A stretch of DNA of 15,492 nucleotides from assembly GCA_048885865.1 (NCBI GenBank), contig JBHLLF010000054.1:1-15492 (forward strand). The letters run 5' to 3'. The position numbers and the translations under genes were made by a program. The notes under the pieces are model-generated. The model made no database searches. It worked only from the letters and a program-made list of their open reading frames with translations, and was not told the origin of the DNA. This DNA is from Candidatus Hermodarchaeota archaeon. Its GTDB lineage: Archaea; Asgardarchaeota; Thorarchaeia; Thorarchaeales; Thorarchaeaceae. Of the stretch, positions 15,322-15,492 are shown piece after piece (position 1 is the stretch's first letter; every line of letters starts with the position of its first letter).

Positions 15322-15492
15322 GTTCTATTTCTTCGGATAGTACAATCCTTTCATTGACTGTAGTCTTTTATCCATCGACATTATTCTGCATCTTGAGGTG
15401 TTCGGGTGGCAGGTGAAAGGGTGGGCACAAAGCCTGTGAGGACTGGCAGAGATTATACCTATTTTGCCATTGTGATTCTCATAGGATCTCTC

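Noticed and set aside
15395-15492. Possible gene start after R11 (GAGGTG followed by GTG, open to the window end)
   Set aside because: About 30 codons truncated by the window edge, with an ambiguous frame and no recognisable motif.

Overview
The window has 15 small, functionally unrelated CDSs on both strands and no integrase, transposase, cas or housekeeping gene. The host is probably an archaeon, possibly Asgard/Thorarchaeota-like; this is inferred from protein types and promoter/tRNA style, not from a search. The dominant structure is a 23-bp direct repeat, consensus TTCAAATCTCGCCCGGTCCACCA, present as 10 clear copies plus 1 decayed copy, all on the + strand. It reads as the 3' end of an archaeal tRNA-Ala (T-loop, 3' T-stem strand, 3' acceptor strand with U70, discriminator A73, CCA). 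No 5' half of the tRNA is present. The repeats divide the window into ten units of 628-2848 bp, each carrying 1-3 genes: amidohydrolase, MarR plus membrane proteins, SAM methyltransferase, flavodoxin, LVIVD protein, family-5 solute-binding protein, serine hydrolase, LLM oxidoreductase and several membrane hypotheticals. The best interpretation is an integron-like array of tiny non-autonomous gene cassettes built by repeated site-specific integration at a tRNA-Ala T-loop att site. The intact tRNA is predicted to the left of the window and the recombinase somewhere outside it.
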